Assembly: GCF_964204645.1 (NCBI RefSeq) | Contig: NC_134034.1 | Span: 5,678,914 to 5,742,913, forward strand | DNA: 64,000 nucleotides | Direction of reading: 5' to 3' | DNA from: Tubulanus polymorphus | Taxonomy: Eukaryota; Animalia; Nemertea | Shown: positions 10,357 to 23,823 of the stretch, piece after piece | How positions within the stretch are numbered: the stretch's first letter is position 1 | How the letters are laid out: each line of letters begins with the position of its first letter | Made by a program: the position numbers and the translations under genes | The notes under the pieces: generated by a model | Seen by the model: only the letters and a program-made list of their open reading frames with translations | What the model was told of the DNA's origin: nothing | Databases searched by the model: none

Positions 10357-11030
10357 TTGTTAGTACTTAGTACAACCGGATGTTATATGAAGAATAAAGC
10401 AGCGAGACAATTGAATGGGAATATAAGGCTTTTGTTCTGTACTTTACCCATCCACATCGGTCACTACATTGGCGACGAGGATTGTAAACTGAGTCTGATG
10501 AGACTGTAAGTGTGTTTAGATATAATCGCGCTTAAGATATTTTGCTTTGATGCAGTTAACGTTCAGTTTAGATGGATATCACGCTGAAAGAGAAATTCGA
10601 CCCAACGGGGGATGCCAGCTCAATTAGTCCATGCTGGAAACGCTGGATCGGTTCGTTTAAATTTTACGTCGTGGGGAAAGGGACATCAGACCTTGTGCAA
10701 GAGAATGCATAACTACTCCTCTGTGCTCGGATGGCAGTACAGGACATACATGAAACACTCGCTGAGGTAGCTTTTGTGTCAGTAGGCCCTAACGACACTG
10801 ATGATGTGTACAGAGGAACATAGCGTAAACTTGATACGTACTTTAGTCCAAAGCTTAATACGCTGTATGAACGTTACGTGTTTGGGTCTCTCAAAAAAAT
10901 CGAAAAAAGAAACTGTCAATCTGTATGTAGCACGTCTACGAATGCGGGCACAGAACAGTAGTTTTATAAACAGTGATGAGATGATCCGTGATCAGATGGT
11001 AAATGAAGGGTGGTAATCTAACACTTAACT
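10357..11030 (+). mobile_element. Gypsy-type LTR retrotransposon remnant (LTR end, PBS, decayed gag)
   Basis: ...CACTACA followed by TGGCGACGAGGA (10470-10481). Gag-like pieces WKRWIGSFKFY, LDTYFSPK.N..YERYVF and ETV..YVARLR...EMIRDQ carry stops and frameshifts. Left boundary is approximate. Confidence 0.7.
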
Positions 11031-13372
11031 CAGTGTTAGATATATCGGGCCGCCCAGCTAAAATTATATGCCGCCATGCTAAAAACTCAGCGCCCTGCTT
11101 AATGTTTTTTCCACCCTGCTTAAATTTTTCTCTTTGTCGTATGCGTAATTTACAGGAAGCTAAATCACGATGTGCCGCGATGTGCCTACTAAGTTGTGAA
11201 ATCTGATGCGTGAGTTCTACAGAGATGCATGTTCAAGTTGGAACGTAGCCAACTTCTAAGATAACGGCGGTCTCTAGAATGATTGGCAGCTCAGTGTTTG
11301 GAACGCCTACTATCAGTATCTACGACAGCGCGCTGCATTCGGCACGTGTCACTGATCAATAAAGTTTGTTTAGCGTCTGTGGATCATCAATAAATGTGTG
11401 TACAAATGAAGTTTAAATACAAATGAAGTTTACACAAAGGACTTTTTTTCTAAATAAATGTCAGTTTTGGTTTTGTTTTGGTTTGGATCAATGAAACCAA
11501 CTTTTTAAATTTGTTGTGTAACTTCTATCTTGGAGGCAAACTGAGATCACATGTGGCGTATCTGTTAACCAGATGTGCTACGTAGGGAAAAGTTTACTGA
11601 AATAATTCTACGACCCAACAATTACATAATAACCATAGTAACTAAAGTGTAGTTTATTTTAAAAAAAGTAAAATAAAGTGTAGTTTATTTATAATGCAAA
11701 GTTTAGTTTTTTAGTTGAACAGTCGCAGTGACACGGAATATATCTCGACAGTTTTTCCTGCACTTTCGTATACACTGACAAGATGAGCAATTTATTTTCT
11801 TTCGGTATTGTAAAAAAATGAAAATTGGATGACACGACGGACAGTCAAGATGAGGTCCCCATAGAAACCTCAACATCTGTAACAACATCTGAGGCTAAAA
11901 ACATATCGAAGCACAGATCAAAGGGTTTTGATCAAAATTGGTTGAAACGTTACACGTGGCTTCGGTACGACAACGCAGGTAATCAACTTTTACTTCATTC
12001 ATTTTTTTCACCTGAACATTGTTTATATATATGAAGAATTCTACAGACCATCACAACCCATCTAATTCCCTAAGGCCATAGTTCATAGTTGTTAAACCAG
12101 AACACAGCAAGGGTACCGTAGCACATATTTAATAGGCATGATATGTAATAAAATTTCGATTAAAGTATCAAATTGAAAAAGATCAAAACAGGTTTTTGGA
12201 ACAAGATCACAAGTTATTGCCAATTTCCGTACTACAGTATGGTTTTGCATATATAATAATTTTCATACATTTGATTCAGATGACGGAATGTTTTGTAAAC
12301 TATGTACGAGACATGGACAACATCCCAAAAAAGGAAAGCGTTTTTGGACCGCTCTAGCATGTACCTCAATTCGGGAAGATAAAATCAAGGAACAAGAGAA
12401 AACAGATTGCCATTCAGTGGCCGTAACTCTAGAGCGTCAGAGAGAAGAATAAAAGAAGAAAGGGGGTGGTATAGAGGCGGCATTTTCAAGCATGGCGACA
12501 GTTCAGGAAACTGCATTCATTGCAGCATTACGATGCATGTACTGGCTGATTCGTCATGACATCGCACATACAACTACTTACAAGTCCCTATTAACCCTTG
12601 TAAATGATCTAGGCTGCACATACCTTGATGCGCTCCATGTTGAAAATGCTAATTACACTTCTGAAAGGACAATGCAGGAAATGGTTTTCTGCTTAGGTAA
12701 AATCATCAATCATTCCTATCGCATACATTTCAAGCATTTATGTACCGAAATTATTTTTTTCAGGTCAGGCAATACGGAATGATAGACTGGCAGCAATACA
12801 AAATTCTCCAGTTTATGCCATATTGATTGATGAATCGTCAGATATCACTACAACCGACAAGATGCTTGTTTACATCAAGCATTTGGATGACAAAGGAGAT
12901 CCAAATGTCACCTTTGTTCGGAGCTGAAGAGGTAAGTCTTCAAAACAATATATGCACTCATATAAACATTTCTTGATAATCCATCAATCTGGAGAGGATT
13001 ATTAATCCTCTGTTATCAACTCGAAGCCATATCGATTAACATAGAAAATGTACCAATTTAAGAGAAATAATTTATTTTTAGATGCAGTCCATGACAGCAG
13101 AGGCTATATTAAGCAAACTTCAGAATTTTCTTGAGGAAAGTGATCTCGATCTTCGAAAAGTCGCAGGATTTGGCAGCGTAATGGTTGGGTGTCGTAATGG
13201 TGTTGCCACAATGATGAAACACGTAATTACCGTCACTTCAGCAAGACGGTATGATACGCATTTTACAATATTAACAACAAATTTGGTTTTCCAGGCTTCC
13301 CCCATGGTTGTAAATTGCCATTGTGTAGCACATCGCCCGGCCCTAGAAATGGGAGATGCAGGGTGTTTTTAG
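11031..13372 (+). mobile_element. Truncated, intron-containing hAT transposon (ZNF862-like transposase pseudogene)
   Basis: Starts CAGTGTT. TTF-type zinc finger (WLKRYTWLRYD..MFCKLC...H), NANYTS, ILIDESSD, GFGS.VMVG..NGV and HCVAHR.AL. Contains stops and lacks the C-terminus. Confidence 0.8.
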
Positions 13373-13379
13373 AAGGACA

Positions 13380-14325
13380 ATTATCATCGTGCTGTACATG
13401 GCTGACACCTGCCGTGAATTGCGGAAACTATGTCAGAAGATGCTAGAGGGCGATTCAAGCGATTTCGCCACCAAAAAATCTATTTATCAATAACTGACCG
13501 TTTTACTGCAGTTCGCAGCCAAGATGGCAGAAAAACGACGTCGTTATACCGCAGTGCAGGTTATAACTTGATTCATAAATGATGCTGACAGCGATAATAA
13601 TAACTATCATCTAGGAGGTGATGGGGCTGGTGCTGTAGATAGCGATGTCGATGATGGGGCCGAATCCAAAGGGGACTATGACGATTCCGAGTCAAATTAT
13701 GGGTCGGCAAGTGACTTGGATGAGGACAATAATTCTGGGACTCATTCTGCCACAAGTGATCATTCTGAGACCCGTTCTGGGAGTCCTAGAGCCCAGAGTC
13801 CTAGCCCTGATAGATCATTTAGTACAAGTGATGATGAACCACTTATAAACATTATTGCAGCAGCCCACGCAGCTCCACCCCCAGTAAGAGGTCGGGCTGC
13901 GGTTCAAGGCTGTACTTTAGGCGTAGACCTAAAAAACTAAAATACCTGTAAATTTTTTATTTTTTCATAGATTTGCATAATTTTTTTTGCCTAAGGTACA
14001 CAACAGACACCAGTATACTGTTTGATTGAAGATACATGGATCTTGATTTGTTTTGAAATGATGTATGTTGAATATTCTCCAAAAAAATTATATTTTTTGT
14101 ATCTTCACACGATATAATTAGGTCACGTGACCTAATTAGCATAATTTTGGAAAATTTTTTGGTCCTCTAGATAAACTTTGGGATGTGTTCTACAAAGATA
14201 TATAACTGCTGTCCTGTTTCCTCTGTTGGTTTTTTTTGCTATAGCCATCCATATATAACATGCAAAAATGCCTAATTTAGGCTCAGTACAGTAGTGACCA
14301 AACATACCATTATCAAATGGGTTAA
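13380..14325 (+). mobile_element. Possible piggyBac-like remnant
   Basis: MAEKRRRYTAVQV followed by an Asp/Ser-rich tract from 13524. It ends GGG-TTAA (14319-14325) exactly where BEL/Pao sequence starts. Left end and catalytic core not found. Confidence 0.35.
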
Positions 14326-17231
14326 TAGGCTGTGACCATGCCTACGAGTTTTTGGAGAACAAGATAGTCAAGGGTGATGGACCGATGGTTCAATACTCGA
14401 ACCTCGGATGTTTAGTCTCCGGACCTCTCGAGAAAGGCAATGCGGAGTGTCACTGCGCTACAGCGAGTATAGAAGATGACGAAACCTGTAAGTTACAAAA
14501 GTTTATTGACGCGTATGTAATTCATAAAAAAGAAGACGATTTTAGAAAATAATTTTAAAGATAGGTTTCCGAACGGTATTGGGTTCAGAAACGGAGAGTA
14601 TTACGTGCCCCTGCCATGGCGGTCAGAGCACCCAGAATTGAAAAATAATCTAACGCAGTGCGGAGTCAGATTAAAACAAGTTATGGGCCGGTTGAGAAAA
14701 CTCGGTCTCATCGATCAATACGTTGGAGTGATGGCCGAAAATCTAGAACGCGGTTTTGAGGGAGAGTTCCACAACCCCTCTACGTATCGTTTTCGACGCG
14801 AGTAGCGGAAGTCCTTCCCTGAATTCTTGTTTACACGAAGGACCTAACATGATCAGGAGTCTCGTCCAGCTGTTAATACTGTTTTGAGTTCGGTGGATTG
14901 CGATTACTGCCGATATAGCCAAGGCTTTCTTGAATATTTAGCTCGTTGAACCAGACAGAAAATTTGTTTGATTCCTCTGGTATCGGGATAATGATGTTGG
15001 AAAGGACTTAGGGCCGTATTGTTGTAATACCATGACCTTCGGAAATACATCCAGTCCCTTCACCTTGGCTGCCACCTTAAAGAAACATCTTAAGTCGTTT
15101 AAGGATTCAGCTGTAGCCAAAAATTTAAACGAACGGATGTATGTCGACAATTTGCTCACGGGCTTGGATTCAGATGACCAGGCGATCGATTACTACAACG
15201 AAGCCAGAAAAATCATGCTGGATGCCTCGCTCAACTTACGGCAGTGGTCAACGAACTCTGAGAAACGTGAGGGAACTGCAGCCGAAACTACGGTTACCTT
15301 ATTGGGCATGAAGTGGAACTCCATCACAGACAAAATTTTCTTGGCCCAGAGACCACTGGAACGTAAGGATGTATATACGAAAAAGAATCATGACGTCGCA
15401 ATGTGCCTCAGTTTATGACCCGCTCGGATTAATCGGACCCCTGGTGGTTCCGGCTTAAATATTCGTAAACGAACTGTGGAATGATAAAGACTGGGATGAT
15501 GAAATACCCACACAGCAAAGTAAGATGTGGGAAGATATACTCGAATCGTTAAAAAAATCTAGCGATTTCTCGTACGACAGGTACCTGAATGCCGACACCG
15601 GCAGTCCGCTGAACATAGCAGTGTTCTGCGATGCTTGTGCGAACACAGCGATTGGGTGTGTAGCGTACGCAATCCAGAGTGGAAGAGTTTCATTACTCGG
15701 ATCAAAAACAAAATCGTGTCAAAGAAACCAGCGAACTTAACCGTTCCTAAGTTGGAATTAATGGCAATGGTCATGGGCGTCCAATATGGTCAATCTTTGA
15801 CGGAGATGCTGTGAGAGGAATTCGCAGAAATAAACACGTGGTATTTAAAAGACTCTGAAATCGCACCGCATTGGATTAAAACCGATAAGAAACTGAAATT
15901 GTTCGTGAAGAACGGAGTCGAAACTCTTCGCGCCAATTCAGCGCTGACCGATTGGCACCATGTAATCTCAAAAAAAAAAAAAAACATTGCCGACATTCTA
16001 TCACGTGGTGCGTCGTATCAACAACTGATAGTCTCACCGTGGAGTAACGGTCCTGATTGGCTCCGATACAATAAATCGTCTTGGCCAGTTACGCCTATAG
16101 AGCAGCTGACATCTCAGCAGTACGTCACCTTGACAGCCGCAGCCTATATGGATAACGAGTTAACTCCGATGCACCAAACACTAATCAGTGAAGTGATCGA
16201 CATCAATAGATTCGGCAAGTGGAACAAGCTGCGAAGAGTTACTGTCATAGACAGCAAACGGTCATGCTACCTGACCGCTCTAGACAAAGAGAATGCGGAA
16301 TTGAAATGGATATCCGATTTCCAAACGCGATACTATAACAAGGTCATAGAACACTTGGAAGTTAGAGAAACACAATCCAGGCACCAAGACACCCAAGAGA
16401 GTAGCGATTGTACATCAGTTGGGTTTGACGCTCGATGAACAGGGTCTGATTCGGTGTGGCGGGAGAGTCGCAAAAGCAACGTAGAAATTTCGAGAAAAAG
16501 CCCGATATCTGATCCCGGGAAATTCTTACTTAGCCACATCGCTTAGCCTATAAGACACACACACCATCGCATGGTTCACTACAGCATAGGGTCAACCATG
16601 ACAGAGTTACAGAAATGGCTAACGTCAATGCGGTCAGTGGTAAAGAAAGTACTGAAAAAATGTGTCGTCTGCAAGAAAGCCATATCCGGTGCCCAAAGCG
16701 CCAGATCTTCCGGAATTCCGACTAAATGAGTTAATCGCGTTCATCAGCAGTTGACCTTACGGGACACCTTTTCGTTAAGATGAATAACGCAGTCAAAAAA
16801 CACTACGTCTGTCTATTTACGTGTTGCACGACACGTGCGGTTCATCTAGAACTGGTGTCAGACCTATCAGTCAAAACATTTCTGCGAGCCTACCGTTGGT
16901 TCTGTTTTCAGTATTCAGTCCTGAGAATCCTATACTGCGACAACGCCAAGAATTTTAAGGATGCAGATGAAGAGATAAAGAAATGGTATAGAAATATCGA
17001 TCAGGACTGCATCCAACAACACCTCGCAGAAAAAGGAACCAAGTTCAGGTACACACCGGTGCAAGCTGCATGGTTCGGGGTGTACACGAGCGCATGAAAG
17101 GGGTCTGCAAATCGGCACTGAAAAAAGTACTCGGTAAATCACTGGTTAGCGTCGACGAACTGTTTACACGCCTGAAAAAAATACAGGCATTAATCAACAA
17201 CAGACCACTAACATATGTAGGGACAGATAAA

Positions 17232-18491
17232 ATTCGCCAACGAATTGCAGCACGAGAACGAAGGCTGAAGCTTAAGGTAGAGTGTAATAAAAAGAAACCG
17301 AACAAAGAATCGCTTAAAAAACGGGAACACATTAAAATACAAACACGCAATAGGAATCGTCGTCTTCGGGCAAAATGGAAAGAGGAAGAAAAAAGCTTAA
17401 GCTCTTCAGTTAAAGAAACTGGTGGTGGACTTCGTATTAAGTTAACGCCTAAGACGAGAGGCCAGGTGGTTGACAAACGTGCCGCATGGCGAGAACGAAA
17501 GCGTAAAGAAAGAGCCAACTGGTCCGGACAAAAACGTCGACGCGTGAGCGCAATTCCCAGACAAAAAATGCATGTAGCACTGGTGGTGACGAGATCGGCC
17601 CATATAATTCAAAGCAATCACTCTACAATGCAACACACAAAGCCAATAAAGCTATGCCCAAATCTCCCTGAAAATATGCTGTTATTGTGAAAAAATTGTT
17701 TGAAAAATCAAATTCCTCCACACTTCCATCGAAATCCGATCAATTTCCCAATGACATGAAAAACTGCAGTAAACACGTAGTTAAATCAGTTGCATTGCAG
17801 TTTATCGAGAATAGAAAGAGAGTTAGTATCAGACGTCTCAGTAAAGAAACTGGGCTCAATCGTCAAACTATTACCAAAGCCCAAAAAGTGGGCCTCACTC
17901 GAAAACCACGGCGCTCTAAACTTAACTTGGCCCAAATAAACACAATTCGTGCTTTATACATGCGGGAGGATATATCCTCTATACGTTCGGAGAAAAGGTT
18001 TGCCAACAAACACGGGCCAGGCTACCTTATGACAAGCTCTCTAAAAGCAGCATATGGTATATTTCAGAAAGAAAACCCTCAGATACTAATCAGTTTACAA
18101 AGTTCACTCTGTTGAGGCCCAGAAACGTTCGTCTTCTCTCATCCAACCACGGTGACACTATCCGTGCCTTGTATAGCAATATATCAACTGACGAGATAAT
18201 CACGTGGAATCACTGGGAAAAACACGAGGATTCTAATGGCAGATTAATATATTCTCTAATTACAAAGCGTGGCATATTAGCCGAGATCTTGTCTGAATTT
18301 GAAATTGATCTTCAGAATAGCGGTGGTGTTACATTTGTACGACATGTCTTTACTGCTCGCTGGCAATCATATCAAAATCGAAACCTCCGCGAAAAATTTA
18401 CCCGATAATTGGGCATTGTTTATCGTAGATTTCGCAAAGAATAGAGAAATTAGTTATCAAAACGAAATCAAAGGCACGTATTTCGGAAAAA
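17232..18491 (+). pseudogene. Fragment of a Sola2-like DNA transposase gene, no termini visible
   Basis: Basic N-terminal tract, then LRPRNVRL, W..WEK and HVFTARWQ...NL...LP...ALFIVDFAKN...YQNEIK..YF, which resembles the DFAENY..Q.EIQS.HW motif of Sola2-type transposases. Frameshifted. Confidence 0.6.
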
Positions 18492-18786
18492 GACAAGCTC
18501 ATTCCAATAACGCCAAACCAATTAATTTATGGAGAAAGGGTTGTCCCGAGCCGTGGAGCCACCATACAACTTCCAATATACACAAATTTGCGTATATTGG
18601 AAACCAAGCTTCTCACATGCGCAAGCGAAGTACAGTACTAAGTACCGCAATATAAATACGGTGTGCGGATTACACCGAACTCAGCGGATAGAGACGACCG
18701 GCACACCGTGTCCCAAATGTACAAGATGATGAAATTCTAATTTATTTTAAATATCCGGATTGTTTTAAATGAATTAAAGCAAAAAG

Positions 18787-21700
18787 ATGTTTTCTACGTT
18801 GTCAGTTGACTCACCGATATCAGAAAGCAACGAACATAACGACGATTCAGATGTGTTTAACGACACGGGTAAGAAAGTAACTCATAAAACAACAACTATG
18901 CTATTTCAACCTTATGTACACAGCGACAATAAAACGAATAGCGAATTTTCGTGTTGCATTTCCTATATACATTACAATATACATTTCCTATGTAAATTAC
19001 AATCCCTTTTCGGGATCTCGATTTTATAGACCAGCAAAGCTCTGAAGAATCGGACTGTGAGACGGATCCACCAACTACCGAACCGAAAAAAGGTGTGTAA
19101 CTGAAAATTAAGCCGAAATATTTTTCGCGTTATGGCCTATGTTGATCACAGGCGATATATAAATGGATTTTTTTAATAATCAATGATTTCATAGACGAGC
19201 GAAACGATAAAAAAGCCAGCTGTGAATCGGACTGTGAGACGGATCCACCAACTACCGAACCGAAAAAAGGAGTGTAACTGAAAATTAAGCCGAAATATTT
19301 TTCGCGTTATGGCCTATGTTGATCACAGGCGATATATAAATGGATTTTTTTAATAATCAATGATTTCATAGACGAGCGAAACGATAAAAAAGCCAGCTGT
19401 GAATCGGACTGTGAGACGGATCCACCAACTACCGAACCGAAAAAAGGTGTGTAACTGAAAATTAAGCCAAAATATTTTTCGCGTTATGGCCTATGTTGAT
19501 CACAGGCGATATATATATGGATTTTTTTAATTCTCAATGATTTCATAGACGAGCGAAACGATAAAAAAGCCAGCTGTGAATCGGACTGTGAGACGGATCC
19601 ACCAACTACCGAACCGAAAAAAGGTGTGTAACTGAAAATAAGCCGAAATATTTTTCGCGTTATGGCCTATGTTGATCACAGGCGATGTATATATGGATTT
19701 TTTAATTCTCAATGATTTCATAGACGAGCGAAACGATAAAAAAGCCGGCTGTGAATCGGACTGTGATACGGATCCACCAACTACCGAACCGAAAAAAGGT
19801 ATGTAACTGAAAATTAAGCCGAAATATTTTTCGCGTTATGGCCTATGCTGATCACAGGCGATATATATATAGGCCTATATGGATTTTTTAATTCTCAATG
19901 ATTTCATAGACGAGCGAAACGATAAAAAAGCCAGCTGTGAATCGGACTGTGAGACGGATCCAACACAAACAAAAGACCGTAAGGGACAATTCCAAGGGCA
20001 TGGACTGGGTCAATTGCGCTTCTGAAATTACAAGCAAAATCAAATCTGGTTTCAATTGCAGGCGATCAATTTCCAAATTCGAAGAAGAATTCGAAAAGAA
20101 AATCCACCGGCCATGGACTACCGACGTTCTCTCGACCAAAAAACAGATCGGAAGCAAACGATCAGGTTAGCAAAAGATCGGAATTATATCTAATGTATCT
20201 AATGAAATGGCATTATACCTTCATTATCTAGTTTCTGTAACATGTGAACACTTCCTCCAGGTCACCTTGATATGGAATAGATCATATGAAGTCGAGGTTC
20301 CAGTGGCCAAGGTAGGAACAGTTATTGTGACGGATGTTTCTCTCAGGACGTTACGTAATAAGATGTGGTTGGATGATGCTGTAAGTTTCGTGCAAGTGTT
20401 ATCCCTCAGATATTTCTATGTTACACTTTCATTTCAAAGTAATGAACTAATATGCTGCATGCATCTGAAATACTGATATCTCAATAAATTTGTATGAACA
20501 TAAATCGGGATCATTTGGAAGTTAGTCACTAAAGAGCCAGTTCATATTTTTCGTATTCTTTTGAAACGATAGGTCATAGTGGCGTCTTTGTTTATGATAT
20601 GCAAAAAGGCTGCAGAAAACGATCCCCCGCGTGATTGGCTTTTGTTAGACAGCCATCTTATAACATGTATAATAACTGGAAATGAAATGTCGTACAAAAA
20701 TCATCTCATGAAAAAGGTATCTATTATTAACGTTCTCTGTATAACAATCGGAATATTTTATTAGTCGATAGCGCTGTCTGCAATTGACTTTTACAAAGTT
20801 GAATGAAATTGTGTTAATCAAATGAATCTTTACTATTCTCAGGAAGTCTTTGCTACAAAAGATGCAGTTGTCGGGACTTACAACAAAAACCGAAGTCATT
20901 GGATTCTGGTGGTAAGTAAATGTATACCCATCTCCTAGATGTATTGTATGTACGTGTACGTACATGTATTTATGTACAAATTTATGTATTTATGTACGTA
21001 GGTTATATGGCCCAGAGTACGGAGTTTTATTTATCTTGACCCAATGGGCTACAATGATGATGAAGCCAATGCAGCAAAGGATAATTTCAGGTACGTCTAG
21101 TCGATTTCAATCGTAGATTAGTTCACCAATTGTCAATCAAAATAAGTTTCATGGGCATGTGACATATACACGAGCATTCAACTGTTCACACGGGTGCCAA
21201 ATGGGCCCGAGCCTGTTTGCCCTGAAATGATTGCGTTTGAATTGCAACTGGCACCAGAAATGATCCACTTCGCTTTGTTTGAGCATTGTTTAGAATCAGT
21301 ATTAGTGAATGGTTTACGTGTGAACGCGCTCTCTTATGATCTGTGCCAAATTGGCCCGAGCCAAATCATCTCCGTGTGATCGCAGCTATAATGTCCATTC
21401 ATACATTGCTTCCATCTCTTTTTAGGCGATATCTCCAATTTAGAGAACGCCGACTAGGAAGGCCTGACCTTGGCAAAATACGGTGGACAGTTGGGTCAAT
21501 CGATCACCCCAAACAGACAGATGGACACAACTGCGGTGTTTATACTCTGCATGTAGGTATTGTAGAAATTGTTGAGATTATTTTAGTAGGGTCGGCCCAA
21601 TGTTGTTTAACGGTCTTCCTCTTTTAGTTTGCCAAATGTTTGATGCAAAAGGGATTCATTGCGAAAGAGCGATTTAATCCCGCAGCTGAGAGAAAGCGCA

Positions 21701-22098
21701 TTGCTGCAGACCTGCTACTACATTCAGAAGGTAAAGATGGAAATATACTTAAGAATTTTCAGTAGAAACGAGTATGTTCATTTTTTTTTTAAATAAGTAG
21801 TACCCTAGTAAGAATTTTAAAACGTAATATTACAGTTGATATGACGAATGACTGTTCCCAATGTTGTACTCGAGGAGAAAATGGAGTGTGGGTAAGAATC
21901 TATCATGTTCAATCGCATATCAGTATGAATTGCATTCTAAATAATGCACTATCATTTTCATTATTGTTACAGATTGGATGCAATCACTGCTACAGGTGGT
22001 ACCATAGTATCTGTATCAAACTCCACGGCGAGGAATTGGAACAAGCCATTAGAGAAGACTGGTGCTGCAGCAACTGCATTAATTTTTATACGCATTGA
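18787..22098 (+). CDS. Spliced Ulp1/SENP-family (peptidase C48) protease with C-terminal PHD finger, about 458 aa
   Basis: Exons 18787-18868, 19030-19092, 19372-19446, 19549-19623, 19724-19798, 19910-19978, 20062-20165, 20261-20380, 20573-20716, 20843-20911, 21002-21090, 21426-21552, 21628-21730, 21836-21891, 21973-22098. All introns are GT-AG, phases are compatible and there are no stops. Motifs WLDDAVI, SHWILVVI, YLDPMG, PKQTDGHNCGVY; C4HC3 finger CSQC..WIGCNHC.RWYH..C...WCCSNC. The start codon and N-terminal exons are less certain than the protease and PHD exons. Confidence 0.85.
19046..19962 (+). repeat. About 177-bp tandem repeat (about 5 units), each unit an intron plus a 75-nt exon
   Basis: Exon starts at 19195, 19372, 19549, 19724 and 19910; units are nearly identical. 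Confidence 0.95.
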
Positions 22099-23823
22099 AC
22101 AGCGTCGTTCTACATTTTGTGAGGCACAATTAGATTTATATTGGATCTCGTGATTCAATGGCGGAAAAATTATATAGTTCTTAGATTGATGATGGTACGG
22201 AATAACTATTGTTGCATAACTAAAATTAGCTGAATAACTAACAGGAGGGCTAACATGCATTTAGTTTTAGTAAATTTCTTAATTGAATTTTTACAAAATA
22301 TAATAATACCGGATACCTACATTAGTAAAAGAAAAATTTATAGATAGGCCTTCATACAAGTGTGTGTCGTCAAAGCAATATTTCACATTTCAGAGAATTA
22401 GTTTCGATTTTCATCGTTGTTGTATACCTTATATATAACTTATTTCGTCATTTGATTTCCTCTATCAAATTATTGACAAGCTGATATCTTGGTCTCGTAA
22501 TTTAAATTTGTAATCAGTTCATTCGATAACCACCGGGTCTTGTGATTTTGCGTGATCATGGTAGGCTATCAAAAAAGAATTGTACAGGCCGGAAGGTACC
22601 AATTAGGCCTATTTTAGCCTTGTATTTCATATACGTTTATGTTTGTTATAGTAATTTTGTCGAGCATTCTAAGCATTAATCTTACGTACGATACTCCTGA
22701 ACGGTACCAGTATCTGGCCTACTCGCCTCCAGGCGTCGTAGAGGCGAGTGACGCCCAAGTTTTATGAGAATCTAATCGTTAACTTTTAAACGCCACTATA
22801 ACGGCATATAAAATCTGGTTTTGTATATATAATTTCACAATCTTTGAAAGGAAATGTATCCAAAGTTTGGTGTTTGCTCGACGTGATATAAATAGCTTTT
22901 AAATCACTCTTGTTTTTATGTTATTTACATGTTTCTTTAAATGTTTGAGTTCCTTTTATGTGAATAAATGAAGTGATTACCATTGACCTTACGCCTTAGC
23001 TTTCAATGATTGAATCTTTGAAGTGCCCACGTAACATTCCAAACTAATTGGCTGCTCTGCGACGGGTTAGTTCTAACCTGGCATGGTATGTCATATGGCG
23101 CAGCGAATCAACTATTTTTACTGAATTATAGATACACAGTATAAATATCAACCAATCCGCACTTATTCAATGTGCTTGCTGACTGTGGAGACGACAAAAG
23201 GAGGCCGCTAGAATGATTTGTCAAAAAGGCACAATTAGAAAGAAAAAACAAGAATATCAACAACAAATAATCTAATTTCACTTGCGAATTTGAAAAAAAA
23301 TTTTTTAATTGCATCATTTAGAAAATAAGCAAGAAATGATTAAATTTTGATTGAATGGTTGGTACTTCGCATGCCACGCCAAATGCCATAGGCCTATATG
23401 CCAAATGTTTAGGACTAACCTCGCTAAGGTAACCTTTGCTTGTTCATGTCGTTGCTGCAAGATTCGTACCGGGAATCTAATTATAAACATAAGTCTTGTC
23501 GTTGATGGACATATTTGGGGAATTTTCAAACATGCGACAAGTTCGCCATCTATCGAACATATCTTGCGATCCCACACTTGTTCAGGATATTAGATGAATA
23601 TCGGTATATCGTGATACTCAACACGTCCTTGCGTATAACGGAAATCACAAATACGCAAATTTGCGTATATTGGAAGTTGTATGGTGGCTCCGCGGCTCGG
23701 GACAACTATTATTCAATTTATGGGCATGACCTAGAATTGGCAGCTTACAGTGATTCAGCGGGGGATTTTGACCCCACGTACGCGGGAAAAGTACAACTCG
23801 AAAAGATGCAGTTCCACTGCTCC

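Larger units (their letters stand above)
18532..23714 (+). mobile_element. Non-autonomous TIR element (5183 bp) carrying a Ulp1-PHD gene; superfamily uncertain (Mutator-like or Zisupton/KDZ-like)
   Basis: 64-bp TIRs at 18532-18595 and 23651-23714 (58/64 identical, GA...TC ends). TSD AATTTATG at 18524-18531 and 23715-23722. Removing the element restores the BEL/Pao integrase frame (NQLIY|GHDLEL). Confidence 0.9.

Noticed and set aside
17070-17690. 206-aa ORF as a real integrase-basic protein fusion
   Set aside because: It spans the junction between a frameshifted BEL/Pao integrase and the inserted fragment; both parts are decayed
19046-19962. CRISPR-like array
   Set aside because: Units are wholly repeated with no unique spacers, the context is eukaryotic, and exon-intron duplication explains it
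18542-23704. Ginger-type TGT...ACA boundaries for the Ulp1-PHD element
   Set aside because: No 4-bp TSD at those positions; the 8-bp TSD ten bases further out restores the target exactly
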